Assembly (NCBI GenBank): GCA_964629655.1
Contig: CAZVQU010000002.1
Span: forward strand, 76,643-140,642
Length of the DNA stretch: 64,000 nt
DNA from: an uncultured Planctomycetia bacterium
Lineage (GTDB): Bacteria > Omnitrophota > Gorgyraeia > Duberdicusellales > 4484-171
Direction of reading: 5' to 3'
The notes beneath the pieces are model-generated. The model made no database searches. It was given only the letters and a program-made list of their open reading frames with translations, and was not told the DNA's origin. Positions 1 through 9,758 of this stretch are shown here, in pieces. Numbering within the stretch: position 1 is the first letter of the stretch; every line of letters starts with the position of its first letter. The position numbers were made by a program, and so were the translations under genes.

Positions 1-58
1 ATACAGATAATTTTCCTTGGTCATTTATTGAAAGTTCTCACTCTAACCACAAAAAACC

Positions 59-367
59 ATGAATGAAGCAAGATTCCCTTTAAAGCTAACCTTTTACAAA
101 AAAGGAGATATGATCTACTACTCACAACTAGATCTGTTTCATCTCCTAGAAAAAGCCTTAAGAAGAACTGAACTTCCGGTTTACTTCACCGAAGGATTTA
201 ACCCTCATGTTAAAATTAGTTTCCCCTTTGCTTTAAAATTAGGTATCGAAGGCAGAGTAGAAGCTGTTCTTTACTTTATAGAAGAAGTATCAGCATCTGA
301 GCTTAAAAAAAATCTTTCAGTAGAACTTCCTCAAGGATTAGAAATCCTTAATATCGAAGAAATATAA
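59..367 (+). CDS. DUF2344-like (radical-SAM-linked, TIGR03936-type) short protein
   Basis: Motifs LDLFHLLEKALRR and GFNPHVKISF match the N-terminal half of DUF2344. An in-frame stop at 8-10 limits it to ~102 aa. Confidence 0.45.
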   Translation: MNEARFPLKLTFYKKGDMIYYSQLDLFHLLEKALRRTELPVYFTEGFNPHVKISFPFALKLGIEGRVEAVLYFIEEVSASELKKNLSVELPQGLEILNIEEI

Positions 368-407
368 TTATAGTTGATTTAGAAGATAAGGAACTTTCCG
401 GTGAGAC

Positions 408-767
408 TTAACGGATAAGGAACTGTATCTTTATTTTTTTAGCCTTAAAAAACTTACTGGTAAATTTTTTAGCCAGTTCCTTATTATATTTCTTGCAAGA
501 GAAGATGTTAATATAGGCTGTGCCCCAGAAGTCTGAAAAATGACCAGTTATAGAGCTGGTTTCGATTAGCTGGACTAAAGAATATCCTTTAGTAAAGGCC
601 TCTTTTTCGCCAAAATAAGGAAGCAGGGTCTTGCCGTACTTTTTCATTTTTATCAACTTACACAATTTATTAGTATATTCTTGTAATTTCTTCTTAGAAG
701 AGATTATACTCTTATCACATCCATAAAGGTCCATGACTAATTCGTAACCAAATGTCTTCTTTGTCAT
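408..767 (-). CDS. speH: S-adenosylmethionine decarboxylase proenzyme (class 1, pyruvoyl-dependent)
   Basis: GYELVMDLYGCD, the ETS|S processing-site motif and AYINIFSC resemble the SpeH/SpeD family. There is an AGGAGG RBS upstream. Confidence 0.7.
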   Translation of the reverse strand: MTKKTFGYELVMDLYGCDKSIISSKKKLQEYTNKLCKLIKMKKYGKTLLPYFGEKEAFTKGYSLVQLIETSSITGHFSDFWGTAYINIFSCKKYNKELAKKFTSKFFKAKKIKIQFLIR

Positions 768-1032
768 TTAATCACCTCCTTTAAAATACTCGATAAAATC
801 GAGAATTTTAAACCCTGAGTATTATTCAAAGGACCTAAGGGTTGGATTGATATACTTTTATTTTTGGAGAAGAGAAAGGGGTAGGTAGCACAAAAAAATC
901 CGCCAGAAGAGCGAATTCTTGCACAATCGGTACATTCGTCAGTCAGGGGGTATCTTTCGGTCACCATCCTTTTTTCTTATTTCTCTTGCTTTGTATAGCA
1001 TAAAAGCTAATTGTCCATTAATTTCTCTTATT

Positions 1033-1110
1033 ATTGCACAATTTTACTCTACTTGCAAGGACTTTTTAGTGAGACTTAGCCGAAATGCAGTTGAGGCTTT
1101 AGTCGAATTA
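1033..1110. repeat. Copy 1 of an ~80-nt conserved non-coding element flanking the polyamine genes
   Basis: ~85% identical to 3512..3591, with a shared core cttgcaaggacttttta...agacttagc...gaggct.tagtcgaatta. It lies between the CANSDH stop and the speH upstream region. Confidence 0.6.
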
Positions 1111-1116
1111 TGAGAC

Positions 1117-2352
1117 TCAGGCTTGTAAGGCTGGAACTTCAACTTCCTGGATTTTTGTTGGCAACCCGATTTCTTTAAGCAAATCTATAAACGGGTCCGG
1201 GTCTAGTTCTTCAACATTAACCATGGTTGCAACATCCCATATTCCTTGAGCAATTAGTATAGCGGCGGCTACCGGCGGAACGCCAGCAGTGTAGCAAATA
1301 GCTTGAGATTCTACCTCCTTAAAACACTGGACATGGTCGCAGGTGTTATAGATAAAAATCTCCTTATCTTTTCCTCCCTTTTGGCCTTTAATAAGGTTGC
1401 CAATGCAGGTTTTCCCAGTATAGTTAGGTGCCAATGAAAGAGGATCAGGTAAAACAGCTTTTAGAACCTTTAAAGGCACTACTTCAACTCCTTCAGCAGT
1501 TTTTACCGGATTTACTGAGGTTAAACCCAGCTCAGTAAGCACGTTAAAAACATTTATATAGTGATCGCTAAAACCCATCCAGAACCGGATAGTGTTAGCA
1601 TCAATATTTTTTGATAAGGAATGAATTTCATCATGGCCGCTTAAATAGATAGTTTGCTTACCGACAACCGGAAAGTCGTAAGTTCTTTTTATCTTGTGGA
1701 TATCTTCTTCAACCCATTTTCTATCAATCCAACTCCAAACCTTTATGAACTCTCTGAAATTTATCTCAGGATCAAAGTTAGTTGCAAAATATTTGCCGTG
1801 ATTTCCGGCATTAACATCCATCATGTCGATGGTGTCAATTGTGTCAAAGTGATGCTTAACCGCCAAAGCACAGTAGGCATTTACAACTCCCGGATCAAAG
1901 CCCACACCTAAAATAGTGGTAATCCCTTTTTCTTTGCACTCATCTTTACGCTTCCACTCATAGTTTGCATACCAAGGTGGACTCTCACAAGGCTTATCCG
2001 GCTCCTCATGCACAGCAGTATCCATGTAAGCTACACCAGTTTGCATGCAAGCCTCGAGAAGTGACTTGTTCACATATGTCGTTGCAAGATTGATTATTAT
2101 CTGCGAACTTGTATCTTTTATCAACTTTACTGTGGCTGGTATATCAAAGACATCTATCTGACGCGAGTATAGCTTCTTACTGGCATCTTTTATGTTATTC
2201 TTTCTTTTAATACTTTCGATTATTGCATCGCACTTATCCTGTTTTCTCGATGCAATGCAAATATCGCCTAAAATATCATTATTCTGTGCACACTTGTGTG
2301 CGGCTACATGAGCAACCCCGCCGGCACCGACAATTAATACGTTCTTTTTCAT
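1117..2352 (-). CDS. Carboxynorspermidine/carboxyspermidine dehydrogenase (saccharopine dehydrogenase family)
   Basis: N-terminal Rossmann motif VLIVGAGGVAHV. It is ~410 aa and adjacent to nspC. Confidence 0.7.
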   Translation of the reverse strand: MKKNVLIVGAGGVAHVAAHKCAQNNDILGDICIASRKQDKCDAIIESIKRKNNIKDASKKLYSRQIDVFDIPATVKLIKDTSSQIIINLATTYVNKSLLEACMQTGVAYMDTAVHEEPDKPCESPPWYANYEWKRKDECKEKGITTILGVGFDPGVVNAYCALAVKHHFDTIDTIDMMDVNAGNHGKYFATNFDPEINFREFIKVWSWIDRKWVEEDIHKIKRTYDFPVVGKQTIYLSGHDEIHSLSKNIDANTIRFWMGFSDHYINVFNVLTELGLTSVNPVKTAEGVEVVPLKVLKAVLPDPLSLAPNYTGKTCIGNLIKGQKGGKDKEIFIYNTCDHVQCFKEVESQAICYTAGVPPVAAAILIAQGIWDVATMVNVEELDPDPFIDLLKEIGLPTKIQEVEVPALQA

Positions 2353-2397
2353 TTCTTATCTCCTGCTTCTGTTTAGGGTTCGCCTAAACAGCGCCTT

Positions 2398-3510
2398 TTA
2401 TGATAGACTCTTTAGAAAATCCTTATATTCAAAGCGCCGAACCAAACGCACTGACCCGTTCTTCTTTTTTACAACAATTGAAGGCATTTTGAGCCCGTTA
2501 AACCAATTCTTTTTAACCATTGTGTACCCGGCCGCGTCACTAATTCTAATAATGCTCCCGACTTTTAACCGAGATTTAAAGCGATAGGTACCAAATACAT
2601 CACCAGCTAAGCAAGACCGCCCGGCTACCATGTATTTGAACTTGCCCTGGCCGGAGTTGCCTATCTTAGCATTTATTCGATAAACTAGCAAGTCTAACAT
2701 GTGAGCTTCAGTAGAGGAATCAACAATCGCAATATCTATTTCATTATGAACAATGTCTACTACCCTAGTTACCAACTCGGCGGATTGAGTTATAGCTGCC
2801 TCTCCGGGTTCTAGGTAAACCCGGACTCCGAATTTATCACTAAAATTCTTTAGTAACTTAGTAAATCTTTTTACCGGGTAACCTTTTTTGGTAAAGTGAA
2901 TTCCGCCGCCTAAACTAACCCACTCCATTTTTTTTAACAACTCTGGGTAGACACGGCTAATAAAATCAAGGCTCGAAGAAAAGTTACTGTAATTGTCATT
3001 TTCACAGTTAAAGTGAAACATTAAACCGCTAATTAAGGGTGTAACCTCCGAAAGGAGTTTTTTATCGACCACACCCAGCCTTGAAAATTTACGAGCCGGA
3101 TCAGCCAGGTCAAAATGCGAAAAACTAATCTGAGGATTTACTCTTAAGCCCATCTTTAACGAACTGACGTCACTGCGATATCTCTTTAATTGAGATATCG
3201 AGTTAAAAATAATCTTATCGGCGTATTGTTTGACCTTCCTTACCTCATCCTGAGAAAAAGCCACACTATAGGCATGAACTTCTTTACCGAGCTTTTCTCT
3301 TCCCAGGCGGGCCTCATATAATGAACTACTGGTTGTTCCATCAATGTATTTTCTCATAAGGGGAAAAACCGAGAAGGTTGAAAAACACTTTAGAGCCAAG
3401 ACGCACTTGGCGCCAGAATTATCCCTAACGTACTTTATGGTTTTAAGGTTTTTTAATAGTTTCTTCTCGTGAATTAGATAATAGGGCGTTGGCAAAATCA
3501 TAATTGGCAT
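2398..3510 (-). CDS. nspC: Carboxynorspermidine decarboxylase
   Basis: N-terminal TPYYLIHEKKL and the overall PLP-decarboxylase fold pattern match NspC. It neighbours CANSDH and speH. Confidence 0.75.
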   Translation of the reverse strand: MPIMILPTPYYLIHEKKLLKNLKTIKYVRDNSGAKCVLALKCFSTFSVFPLMRKYIDGTTSSSLYEARLGREKLGKEVHAYSVAFSQDEVRKVKQYADKIIFNSISQLKRYRSDVSSLKMGLRVNPQISFSHFDLADPARKFSRLGVVDKKLLSEVTPLISGLMFHFNCENDNYSNFSSSLDFISRVYPELLKKMEWVSLGGGIHFTKKGYPVKRFTKLLKNFSDKFGVRVYLEPGEAAITQSAELVTRVVDIVHNEIDIAIVDSSTEAHMLDLLVYRINAKIGNSGQGKFKYMVAGRSCLAGDVFGTYRFKSRLKVGSIIRISDAAGYTMVKKNWFNGLKMPSIVVKKKNGSVRLVRRFEYKDFLKSLS

Positions 3511-3511
3511 A

Positions 3512-3591
3512 TATTAGCAATATTTAATTATTCTTGCAAGGACTTTTTAATCAGACTTAGCTGAAACAAAGGTGAGGCTGTAGTCGAATTA
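3512..3591. repeat. Copy 2 of the ~80-nt conserved element
   Basis: Immediately upstream of the nspC start (minus strand) and upstream of tRNA-Thr (plus strand). See copy 1. Confidence 0.6.
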
Positions 3592-3651
3592 TTCCTTGAG
3601 AATTGTCATCATTTCTGTTAAAATCTGAAAACGCGTAGCTTTTCCTTTTCT

Positions 3652-3724
3652 GCCGAGGTAGCTCAGTTGGCAGAGCAGTGCATTCGTAATGCACAGGTCG
3701 AGAGTTCGACTCTCTCCCTCGGCT
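3652..3724 (+). tRNA. tRNA-Thr (anticodon CGT)
   Basis: Cloverleaf GCCGAGG / GCTC-AGTTGGCA-GAGC / GTGCA-TTCGTAA-TGCAC / GAGAG-TTCGACT-CTCTC / CCTCGGC plus discriminator T. CCA is not encoded. Confidence 0.85.
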
Positions 3725-3775
3725 TGGTAGAACGAGGTAGGAGCAAGGATACAAAGGCGTAACCTGGAAACCTAG

Positions 3776-5020
3776 ATGGTTTTAAAATACTTTAAAATTT
3801 TAGCTAAAAGGAACTTTTTCTGCCTTTGGTTTGGCCAAATCATCTCTCAATTTGGCGACCGGCTTACCCAGATAGCCCTGGTGGGGCTGGTCTCCCGAAT
3901 TTCAATGTCTTCCTCACGCCTAGCTCTAGTAATGAGTATGGCTATAATTCCGGTATTTATTATCTCGCCTATCTCAGGAGTATATATCGATCGTTGGAGC
4001 AAGAGAAAGACCATGTATGTCAGCGATCTCCTCAGAGGCTTATTCATACTTTTAATTCCGGTGTTTTTCTTAAAAATCCAATCCTTTATTGTAGTCTACG
4101 TCCTTATATTTCTCTCATTTAGCGCCGGAAGGTTCTTTGTTCCGGCTAAGATGGCATTTATCCCGGAAATTTCTAAAAAAGAAGACCTCTTTCTAGCTAA
4201 CTCTCTGATTTCAATAACCGCTACTATCGCTGCTGTTATTGGTTTTGGCTTAGGCGGGATTATTGTCGAGAAGTGGGGAATTACTGCTGCTTTCAGCTTA
4301 GACGCTGCCACTTTCTTTATTTCAGCCTTAGCAGTATTTCTTATTACTACCAAGGAAAAGGGAAGTTTTAAAGTCGGTGACATTATCCATCTGGGCAAAA
4401 ACGTGGTAAGTGAGGTTAAGCAATCCTTCATCTGGGAATTTCGTGAAGGGATAAAGTATATCCTTAACTCCAATGAGACCAAATACGCTTTCAAGATGTT
4501 TCTCTTTCTTTTCTCCTATGTCGGCGGGCTGTATGTTGTCTTCATTCGTTTTATCCAGGAAGCTTTATCATCCCTAACCAGTGACTTAGGTTTCATCACT
4601 GTTTCTTTGGGTGCCGGCATCTTTTTGGGATCTTTAATCTATGGGCGGATTGCCGATAAGTTTTCGGTAAAAAAAGTTATAAATTTAAGCTTGCTACTTA
4701 CCTCGCTGTATCTTATATTCTTTGTTGTATCTCTGCGCGCTTATCCTCAGACACTCTATGCAATAGCTCTGGCTTTTGTATTAGGAATGATTACTTCCCC
4801 GGTATTTGTAGGGGTAAATGCCTTGATACACAAAGAGAGCGACCAAAAGGTCCTAGGAAGAATTTTCAGCGGTTTGGAATTTACCTCACACTTAGGATTT
4901 TTAATTTCAATGTTTATCTGTTCAGCTCTGGCTGACTTCTTCAACCCCTTTACAATCATAGTATCACTTGGTATAATCGGATTCTTCTTATCAGTCATAT
5001 TCACATTTACCCATGATTAA
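3776..5020 (+). CDS. MFS transporter
   Basis: ~12 predicted TM helices and an MFS-like N-terminal motif FGDRLTQIAL. ~414 aa. Confidence 0.65.
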   Translation: MVLKYFKILAKRNFFCLWFGQIISQFGDRLTQIALVGLVSRISMSSSRLALVMSMAIIPVFIISPISGVYIDRWSKRKTMYVSDLLRGLFILLIPVFFLKIQSFIVVYVLIFLSFSAGRFFVPAKMAFIPEISKKEDLFLANSLISITATIAAVIGFGLGGIIVEKWGITAAFSLDAATFFISALAVFLITTKEKGSFKVGDIIHLGKNVVSEVKQSFIWEFREGIKYILNSNETKYAFKMFLFLFSYVGGLYVVFIRFIQEALSSLTSDLGFITVSLGAGIFLGSLIYGRIADKFSVKKVINLSLLLTSLYLIFFVVSLRAYPQTLYAIALAFVLGMITSPVFVGVNALIHKESDQKVLGRIFSGLEFTSHLGFLISMFICSALADFFNPFTIIVSLGIIGFFLSVIFTFTHD

Positions 5021-6305
5021 ATTAGCAGAATATAAAGAACCTCAGCATAATTTATCCAGCGAGGAATTTCTTAGCCCCTCTAAGCTTTATCTTCCTTTGT
5101 CTCAGCATACCGGAACTCCCTCAATACCCTGCGTTAGGAAAGGGGACGAGGTTAACGAGGGAGAAGTTATTGCTAAGGCAAGTGGGGCAATATCAGCGCA
5201 ACTCCATGCTCCCAGAAAGGGGAAAGTGATTGATATCATCAATTGGTACCATCCAACCCTAAAAAGAACTCCGGCAATCATTCTTCAATGCCAAGACGGG
5301 AAAAAGGAATACTTCCCGAAAAAAGACAATGACATTGAACTATTAAGTAAAGAAAAAATATTAGAAGCTGTCTCTGGTTCTGGCCTCATCGGTATGGGCG
5401 GAGCTGCTTTTCCGACTCATGTGAAATTAAGCCCTTCCAGGAAAATTGATACCCTGATAATCAATGGTTGCGAGTGCGAGCCTTACTTAGCCTGTGACTA
5501 TCGATTGATGATAGAAAATATGAGCGAAATATTCAAAGGGATTAAGTTAATCTGTAAGTTGATTAACCCTAAAGAAATAATATTTGCTATTGAGAAAAAT
5601 AAACTAGCAGCGATAAAAAAAGTTAATCTCCTGGTTAATACGAAAAGGTTTGATCTACCACCGATGCGCTCTTTTGTCTTAGATACTGACTACCCTCAGG
5701 GAGGAGAAAAGCAGCTTATCCAGATAACAACCAAGAAGAAAGTTCCTCCCGAGAAACTTCCACTTGATGTCGGCTGCCTGGTTCATAATGTTGCTACTTG
5801 CTTTGCAATTTATGAAGCTGTTTGTCTCAATAAGCCCTTGATTGAAAGATTGGTTAGTTTTTGCGGTGATGCCCTAAAGGCTCCTAAAAACATCTGGGTA
5901 AAGATTGGAACAACTCTGCAAGAATTAGTTGATAAGAAAATTTTAGAGTTTAGAAAGGAGCCGAAAAAAATCATCTGTGGTGGCCCAATGATGGGAATTG
6001 CTTTAGAGAGTTTAAACTATCCGATTCTTAAAAATGCCGGAGGCTTTTTATTTTTGGTTGATCAGGTTGATGATTCAAAAGAGGAGCCCTGCCTGCGCTG
6101 TAGCCGCTGTGTTGATACTTGTCCAATGGATTTGCTCCCTCTGGAGTATGTAAAACGGGTCCGGAAAGAAGAATATGGGTCATTATCTGAATTTAATATA
6201 GTTGATTGCATTGAATGCGGATGCTGTACTCATGGCTGTCCTGCAAAAATACCTATTGTCCATTATATAAAAACAGGGAAGAACTATGAATGTAATAGTA
6301 AGTAA
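5013..6305 (+). CDS. rnfC: Rnf electron transport complex subunit C
   Basis: GMGGAAFPTHVK and two 4Fe-4S motifs (CLRCSRCVDTCP, CIECGCCTHGCP). First gene of a cluster in rnfCDGEAB order. Confidence 0.85.
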   Translation: MIKLAEYKEPQHNLSSEEFLSPSKLYLPLSQHTGTPSIPCVRKGDEVNEGEVIAKASGAISAQLHAPRKGKVIDIINWYHPTLKRTPAIILQCQDGKKEYFPKKDNDIELLSKEKILEAVSGSGLIGMGGAAFPTHVKLSPSRKIDTLIINGCECEPYLACDYRLMIENMSEIFKGIKLICKLINPKEIIFAIEKNKLAAIKKVNLLVNTKRFDLPPMRSFVLDTDYPQGGEKQLIQITTKKKVPPEKLPLDVGCLVHNVATCFAIYEAVCLNKPLIERLVSFCGDALKAPKNIWVKIGTTLQELVDKKILEFRKEPKKIICGGPMMGIALESLNYPILKNAGGFLFLVDQVDDSKEEPCLRCSRCVDTCPMDLLPLEYVKRVRKEEYGSLSEFNIVDCIECGCCTHGCPAKIPIVHYIKTGKNYECNSK

Positions 6306-7212
6306 TCCACCCCACTTAAGGTCAAAGCTAAACACACCCTTTCTCATGAAGCAGGTAATAATTGCTCTCTCGCCAGCAGTAGTTGCGTCAACATACTTCT
6401 TTGGAGTGAGAGCTGTTATACTTATTGCCAACTGTGTATTAAGCGCCGTTGTCAGTGAAAGAATAATTTTGTTTATGCGCAAGAAACCCTCAGCAATAAG
6501 TGACTATAGCGCTGTTGTAACCGGCTTACTTCTGGCTCTTACCCTTCCACCTTCTCTGCCTTGGTATGCGGCTAGTTTAGGCTCAATAGTCGCTATTGGC
6601 ATAGGAAAACATATCTTCGGCGGATTAGGCGCAAACATCTTTAATCCGGCCTTAATCGGGCGAGCCTTTCTTATGGCTGCCTACCCTAAAATACTCACTA
6701 GTTTTATAAAGCCCGGTTCAATCGATGCCGTAAGCTGCGCCACTCCACTGGTCTTACGAAAGTTCAGCCAGGTGATAACGCCTACTTCAAGCTTATTTTT
6801 TGGTAAGGTTTCAGGAAGTTTAGGCGAGACCTCGGCGATTTGTTTAATTATCGGAGGGCTATATCTCTTAATAAGAAAAGTCGCTGGTTGGCGTATTCCT
6901 TTAAGTTTACTGCTTACTGCAACTATTACTTCAGCAATTTTCTTTCTCATTGACCATAACTGGGGCTCGGTCTGGTTTCATTTATTCGGCGGCGGATTAC
7001 TATTAGGAGCTTTTTTCATGGCTACTGATCCGGTTACTACCCCAACCACTAAAAGAGGACGGTATATCTTTGGCCTCGGTTGCGGAATACTGCTAATGAT
7101 AATAAGGTACTTTAGCGGATTGCCTGAGGGAGTTATGTATTCGATTCTTTTCATGAATGCACTAACACCTTTGATTAACCGTTATGCAAAACCACGGAGG
7201 TTTGGAATATGA
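6286..7212 (+). CDS. rnfD: Rnf complex subunit D
   Basis: Polytopic membrane protein of NqrB/RnfD type, with GGLLLGAFFMATDPVT. Confidence 0.8.
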   Translation: MNVIVSNPPHLRSKLNTPFLMKQVIIALSPAVVASTYFFGVRAVILIANCVLSAVVSERIILFMRKKPSAISDYSAVVTGLLLALTLPPSLPWYAASLGSIVAIGIGKHIFGGLGANIFNPALIGRAFLMAAYPKILTSFIKPGSIDAVSCATPLVLRKFSQVITPTSSLFFGKVSGSLGETSAICLIIGGLYLLIRKVAGWRIPLSLLLTATITSAIFFLIDHNWGSVWFHLFGGGLLLGAFFMATDPVTTPTTKRGRYIFGLGCGILLMIIRYFSGLPEGVMYSILFMNALTPLINRYAKPRRFGI

Positions 7213-7763
7213 AAGAGGTCTTTAGAATAACCTCAGTACTAACCTTGGTTTGCCTTATCTGTGCACTTTTGCTCTCAGTTGTTTATGGTTTAGCGAATAA
7301 AAAAATCGAGATGAATAAAGAGAAGCGGGTCGAAGAAGCATTAACTACTTTGGCTCCGGAAGCAGCAAGGGTAGAAAAAGTTACCTTGGAGAAAGAAACG
7401 CTATATCAGCTCTTTAATCAAAAGGGAAGTTTGACCGGATATGGATTCATAGCTTCTGGCCAAGGTTATCAAGGCAAGATAAAAATGCTAGTGGTCAGTG
7501 ACAGATCTCTAAGCTATTTGAAAGGTATTGAAGTTGTAGAATCTTTAGAAACACCGGGACTTGGTGCAAAAATTCAGGAAAAACCCTTTAAAGGTCAATT
7601 TAAAGGTTTAGGAGTAGCTAAGGATATGGCTTGCGTAAAAGACGAGGTAACGAAACCGGGACAGATAAAAGCAATCACCGGGGCAACAGTTTCCTCACGA
7701 GCAGTAGTAAATATCTTAAATACCAGGATAAGAGAAATACGGGAACTTATCAGCAAAAAATAA
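7209..7763 (+). CDS. rnfG: Rnf complex subunit G (FMN-binding)
   Basis: TGATVSSRAV flavinylation motif and an N-terminal anchor. Confidence 0.8.
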   Translation: MKEVFRITSVLTLVCLICALLLSVVYGLANKKIEMNKEKRVEEALTTLAPEAARVEKVTLEKETLYQLFNQKGSLTGYGFIASGQGYQGKIKMLVVSDRSLSYLKGIEVVESLETPGLGAKIQEKPFKGQFKGLGVAKDMACVKDEVTKPGQIKAITGATVSSRAVVNILNTRIREIRELISKK

Positions 7764-7784
7764 CTTCGAGAGAAGAGAATTATT

Positions 7785-8360
7785 ATGAAAGATTTTATTA
7801 GAGGTTTATGGAAAGATCATCCGGTATTTCGCCAACTCTTGGGTATGTGCCCAGCCTTAGCTGTAACCACCTCAGCAATAAACGGGATTTCTATGGGTTT
7901 GGCGGTAATCTTCGTTTTATCCTTCTCTTCACTGGTAGTTTCATTAATTAAAAAAATAGTTCCTCACCAGGTGCGGATTGCAGTTTACACTGTGATCATC
8001 GCAACTTTTGTTACAATCGTTGATTTATTCCTAAAAGCCCAATTCCCGGAAATTAGCCGTGCTCTAGGGCCTTACGTTCCTTTAATTATTGTTAATTGCA
8101 TTATCCTTGGCCGATGTGAGGCATTTGCTTCTAAGAATAGCATAACAAGCTCTTTGCGTGACGCTTTGGGTATGGGTATTGGCTTTAGCTGGGGATTATT
8201 TATCTTAGGCTCAATCCGGGAAATTCTCGGGGCCGGAAGCATTTTGGGAGTAAGGATACTGCCGGGAAACTACAACCCTTTGATTGTGATGATTCTTCCG
8301 GCAGGAGCATTTTTGGTTCTAGGTCTTTTGGTAGCTATAATGAATAAGGTTGAAGAGTAA
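7785..8360 (+). CDS. rnfE: Rnf complex subunit E
   Basis: GLWKDHPVFRQLLGMCPALAVT matches the RnfE/RsxE N-terminus. Confidence 0.8.
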   Translation: MKDFIRGLWKDHPVFRQLLGMCPALAVTTSAINGISMGLAVIFVLSFSSLVVSLIKKIVPHQVRIAVYTVIIATFVTIVDLFLKAQFPEISRALGPYVPLIIVNCIILGRCEAFASKNSITSSLRDALGMGIGFSWGLFILGSIREILGAGSILGVRILPGNYNPLIVMILPAGAFLVLGLLVAIMNKVEE

Positions 8361-8363
8361 AAG

Positions 8364-8945
8364 ATGAAAGATTTGATTTTAATATTTATCTCAACCCTCT
8401 TAATAAATAACCTGGTTCTCTCCTATTTTCTAGGGATCTGCCCCTTCTTGGGAGTTTCAGGTAAGATTGAATCTGCTTTTGGAATGGGTATGGCGGTTAC
8501 TTTTGTAATGACCCTAGCTACTAGCATTGGCTGGCTTATCTATAACCTTATCTTAGTTAAATTTGGTTTACATTACCTGGAGTATGTAGTATTTATACTG
8601 GTAATTGCCTCATTGGTCCAAATTGTCGAGATGTTTATACGAAAATACTCCAGCTCTCTCTACCAATCATTGGGGATATACTTACCCTTAATCACCACCA
8701 ATTGTGCAATTCTCGGTTCAGCTTTATTCATGGTAACTAGAAACTACCAATTCCTCGAGGCTGTTGTTTTTGGCTTCTCCGGTGGCCTGGGGTTTTCATT
8801 AGTCTTATTAATTATGGCTGGAATTCGCGAGGAGATTCACTACGTTGATATACCTCGGGCATTTCAAGGGGCAGCTTTAACTTTAATTACTGCCGGTTTA
8901 CTTGCCCTTGTATTTATGGGGTTTTCCGGATTAATCGCATCGTAA
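8364..8945 (+). CDS. rnfA: Rnf complex subunit A
   Basis: LVLSYFLGICPFLGVSGKIESAFGMGMAVTFVMTLA matches RnfA. Confidence 0.8.
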   Translation: MKDLILIFISTLLINNLVLSYFLGICPFLGVSGKIESAFGMGMAVTFVMTLATSIGWLIYNLILVKFGLHYLEYVVFILVIASLVQIVEMFIRKYSSSLYQSLGIYLPLITTNCAILGSALFMVTRNYQFLEAVVFGFSGGLGFSLVLLIMAGIREEIHYVDIPRAFQGAALTLITAGLLALVFMGFSGLIAS

Positions 8946-8947
8946 AA

Positions 8948-9757
8948 ATGAAAGAAATCATAATCCCAATATTAGTCCTCGGATTAAGTGGTTTTGCCTT
9001 TTCTCTGCTCTTAGCTTTACTAAGCAAAAGATTAAAAGTAGAGGAAGACCCCCAGACAGCAAAAATCTTAGAATTACTTCCGGGGTTAAATTGCGGTGCC
9101 TGCGGATTTAGCGGTTGTCGAGCCTTTGCCGAAGCTGTAGCAAAAGAGTGCAATGTCTTCTCAGGATGCTTACCAGCCACAGCTGAAGTTAATAAGCAAA
9201 TAGCTGAAACTCTGGGGGTAATCGGCTGCGTTTCGTCGCATACCCAAGTAGTTATCTGCCATTGTTCGGCAAAAAAGGGCGAAAAAAAAGCATCATCAAA
9301 ATACCTTGGCCCGAACACCTGCGGGGCTGCCAACATAAGTGGCGGAGTAATTGATTGTGCTTATGGTTGCCTAGCCCTTGGCGACTGTATAACCGCATGC
9401 CCGGTAGGCGCCTTAACCATTCAGGAACAAGCTATCAGTGTTGATTTTGAAAAATGTACTGGCTGCGGACAATGTATAAAAGTTTGTCCACGCGATCTCT
9501 TTGAACTTGTTCCAATTAAAAAAAATCTTTCTGTCTACAATGTCGCTTGCAGTAATAAGGAGACCTCTCTGGGCGTAAAGAAAGTTTGCAGCAAAGGGTG
9601 TATTAGTTGCACTCTCTGTACCAGAGTCGAGGACTCCCCATACCAGATGAAAGATAACCTCTCAGTAATTGACTACGGGAGGAAAGATAGCCAAAAGGCT
9701 TTGGAAGAAGGCAAGGGCAAGTGCCCGACAAAGTGTATAAGGCGCCAAAATTTATAA
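8948..9757 (+). CDS. rnfB: Rnf complex subunit B (Fe-S)
   Basis: N-terminal TM helix, CGACGFSGC and several CxxCxxCxxxCP ferredoxin motifs. Confidence 0.8.
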   Translation: MKEIIIPILVLGLSGFAFSLLLALLSKRLKVEEDPQTAKILELLPGLNCGACGFSGCRAFAEAVAKECNVFSGCLPATAEVNKQIAETLGVIGCVSSHTQVVICHCSAKKGEKKASSKYLGPNTCGAANISGGVIDCAYGCLALGDCITACPVGALTIQEQAISVDFEKCTGCGQCIKVCPRDLFELVPIKKNLSVYNVACSNKETSLGVKKVCSKGCISCTLCTRVEDSPYQMKDNLSVIDYGRKDSQKALEEGKGKCPTKCIRRQNL

Positions 9758-9758
9758 G

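Noticed and set aside
764-967. 67-aa minus-strand ORF ending in an ATGA overlap with the speH start, as a possible polyamine-responsive leader peptide
   Set aside because: The overlap follows automatically from the speH codons ATG-ACA. There is no RBS and the sequence is not peptide-like. It is kept in mind only because polyamine-regulated uORFs exist.
919-1113. 64-aa plus-strand ORF overlapping repeat copy 1
   Set aside because: No RBS and no partner gene on this strand. It overlaps the conserved non-coding element, and copy 2 is not coding in the same frame.
1654-1911. 85-aa plus-strand ORF
   Set aside because: It is embedded antisense in the well-supported CANSDH gene.
3557-3754. 65-aa minus-strand ORF
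   Set aside because: It overlaps the tRNA-Thr gene and the intergenic element. There is no RBS.
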